Of a stretch of 63,138 nt of DNA, positions 62,356-63,138 are shown piece by piece. Source of the stretch: an uncultured Verrucomicrobiales bacterium. GTDB taxonomy: Bacteria; Verrucomicrobiota; Verrucomicrobiia; Limisphaerales; UBA1100. The notes beneath the pieces were generated by a model. The model saw only the letters and a program-made list of their open reading frames with translations, did no database searches and was not told the DNA's origin. How positions within the stretch are numbered: position 1 is the stretch's first letter; every line of letters starts with the position of its first letter. A program made the translations under genes and the position numbers. The stretch covers positions 1-63,138 of the forward strand of contig CAXGXE010000002.1 in NCBI GenBank assembly GCA_964013675.1, written 5' to 3'.

Positions 62356-62810
62356 TTCTGAGTTCCCCGAGCCGCCTGTTTGGCGGCGATGAAGTCGCTG
62401 TGGTCGAGGTGGAGTAGCTCGTGAACGCGGCGAATCAGGTGTTCCTCATACTTGTCCACGTTACCATCTGCAAAGGCTACGCGCCACATGGCGGTGAGGA
62501 TGCGACATTTTTGCTCGTGATCCAGCCGTTGGTTCAATAGGTGAGTGTAGGGAAACATATCGGATGCTCCGGCGCTTTCCTTGCGGGCGCGCTCCAGTAG
62601 GTCGGTGACTGTTCGATGCGTCAGGCCAAACTCGGCCTCCAGCGCCTTGAGGATCGCTTGGGTTTCCTCTGGTTCATCCACGTAATCCGCTTCTGCCACC
62701 TCCAGCATCAAGGCGGCGCAAGCCATGTGAATTTGCTCGGGCGATTCGGCCGCCTGATCAGAAACCTTCGGTGCCGATTCTTTGCCCAGCCATTTATCGA
62801 ATAGACCCAT
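62352..62810 (-). CDS. TerB-like (tellurite-resistance fold) protein
   Basis: AALMLEVAEADYVDEPEE......MWRVAFADGNVDKYEEHLIRRV....L follows the TerB-family pattern. Confidence 0.6.
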   Translation of the reverse strand: MGLFDKWLGKESAPKVSDQAAESPEQIHMACAALMLEVAEADYVDEPEETQAILKALEAEFGLTHRTVTDLLERARKESAGASDMFPYTHLLNQRLDHEQKCRILTAMWRVAFADGNVDKYEEHLIRRVHELLHLDHSDFIAAKQAARGTQN

Positions 62811-62891
62811 CGCGAAAGCTTAGCGCGAACCGGCGCCGCGGGCAACCGTCACATGCTCGACGCTTAAGCCCGAAACAGGTAACCTCCCGCC

Positions 62892-63138
62892 ATGAGTGAT
62901 CCACTAAACGTGATGGCCGTAATTGGCAGCTTGCATCAATCTTCTGTGACCAAAGTGGCCGTTCTCCACGTGGCTGAGGGGCTGCGGAAGCAGGGGGCGG
63001 TGGTGGATGTTCTGGACCTCTCGGCAGAATCCCTGCCGTTGGTTAATACGGACACCACGTTTACGGCCGATTATTATGGCCCGCTCAAGGAACGGGTGAA
63101 AGCGGCTGATGTGTTTGTGCTGGGAACACCCGATTATC
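62892..63138 (+). CDS. NAD(P)H-dependent FMN reductase family protein, 5' end (runs off the right edge)
   Basis: VMAVIGSLHQSSVTK...VDVLDL....LP......VKAADVFVLGTPDY is the flavodoxin-like FMN-reductase N-terminus. Confidence 0.7.
   Translation, partial: MSDPLNVMAVIGSLHQSSVTKVAVLHVAEGLRKQGAVVDVLDLSAESLPLVNTDTTFTADYYGPLKERVKAADVFVLGTPDY

Noticed and set aside
1-63138. Searched the ORF set for integrases, transposases, reverse transcriptases (DGR), toxin-antitoxin pairs, CRISPR/Cas and known multi-gene defence systems around the A/B module and the tRNA-Gln.
   Set aside because: I recognised none. The A/B amplification is not flanked by mobile-element genes, and the B1/B2 differences are not confined to a short variable region as they would be in a DGR.

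Overview
This 63.1-kb chromosomal window most likely comes from a PVC-superphylum genome, probably Verrucomicrobiota. Three markers support that: a PSCyt/DUF1549/DUF1553 + DUF1501 gene pair, a PilM/N-X-Y-secretin locus arranged like the Akkermansia Amuc_1101-1098 pilus-like cluster, and a fused cytochrome b/dihaem-c. I found no rRNA, CRISPR array, integrase or transposase, and one tRNA (Gln-UUG). Gene order: thyA (3' end)-[AT-rich Mrr-type nuclease]-folA-murJ | pilMN-X-Y-pilQ-5'-3' exonuclease | 15-kb amplified surface-protein module | HAD phosphatase | BamD-like/LptE-like/BamB-like/GspE-type ATPase | dus | tRNA-Gln | SNF2 helicase | lipoprotein, yggS, EVE, polyprenyl synthase, membrane protein | Rieske + cyt b/c | nrdA-nrdB-dcd-esterase | DUF362, TPR lipoprotein, dnaG | PSCyt/DUF1553, DUF1501 | lipoprotein, arsC, TerB-like, FMN reductase (5' end). 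The stand-out region is 11.6-27.0 kb, directly downstream of the secretin operon. It holds five large secreted proteins of two types that I cannot assign to any named family. The A-type has a 7-blade propeller-like repeat, a disordered S/T/A/P linker and a small C-terminal module; there are three copies. The B-type is a 1350-1430 aa giant with a conserved about 640-aa N-domain and an array of IPT/TIG-like repeats; there are two copies. They are arranged A1-B1 | Adiv-A2-B2. A 2415-bp tract (11877-14291 = 20759-23173) is base-for-base identical between the two modules. It starts at the end of the A signal peptide and stops at codon 94 of B, with sharply diverged sequence on both sides. This points to very recent gene conversion or recombination, or to an assembly artefact. 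Both operons begin with the same TGTTGACA promoter plus a 5'-terminal CTCCAAGGAGG element. Secondary points: an AT-rich membrane-anchored Mrr-type nuclease translationally coupled inside the thyA-folA operon, Met/Gly-rich low-complexity inserts in three consecutive pilus proteins (including a 12-bp in-frame minisatellite), a compositional break inside B1, an internal domain duplication in the SNF2 helicase, and a long structured nrdA leader with two NrdR-box-like palindromes. All functional calls come from reading motifs by eye. No database search was run.
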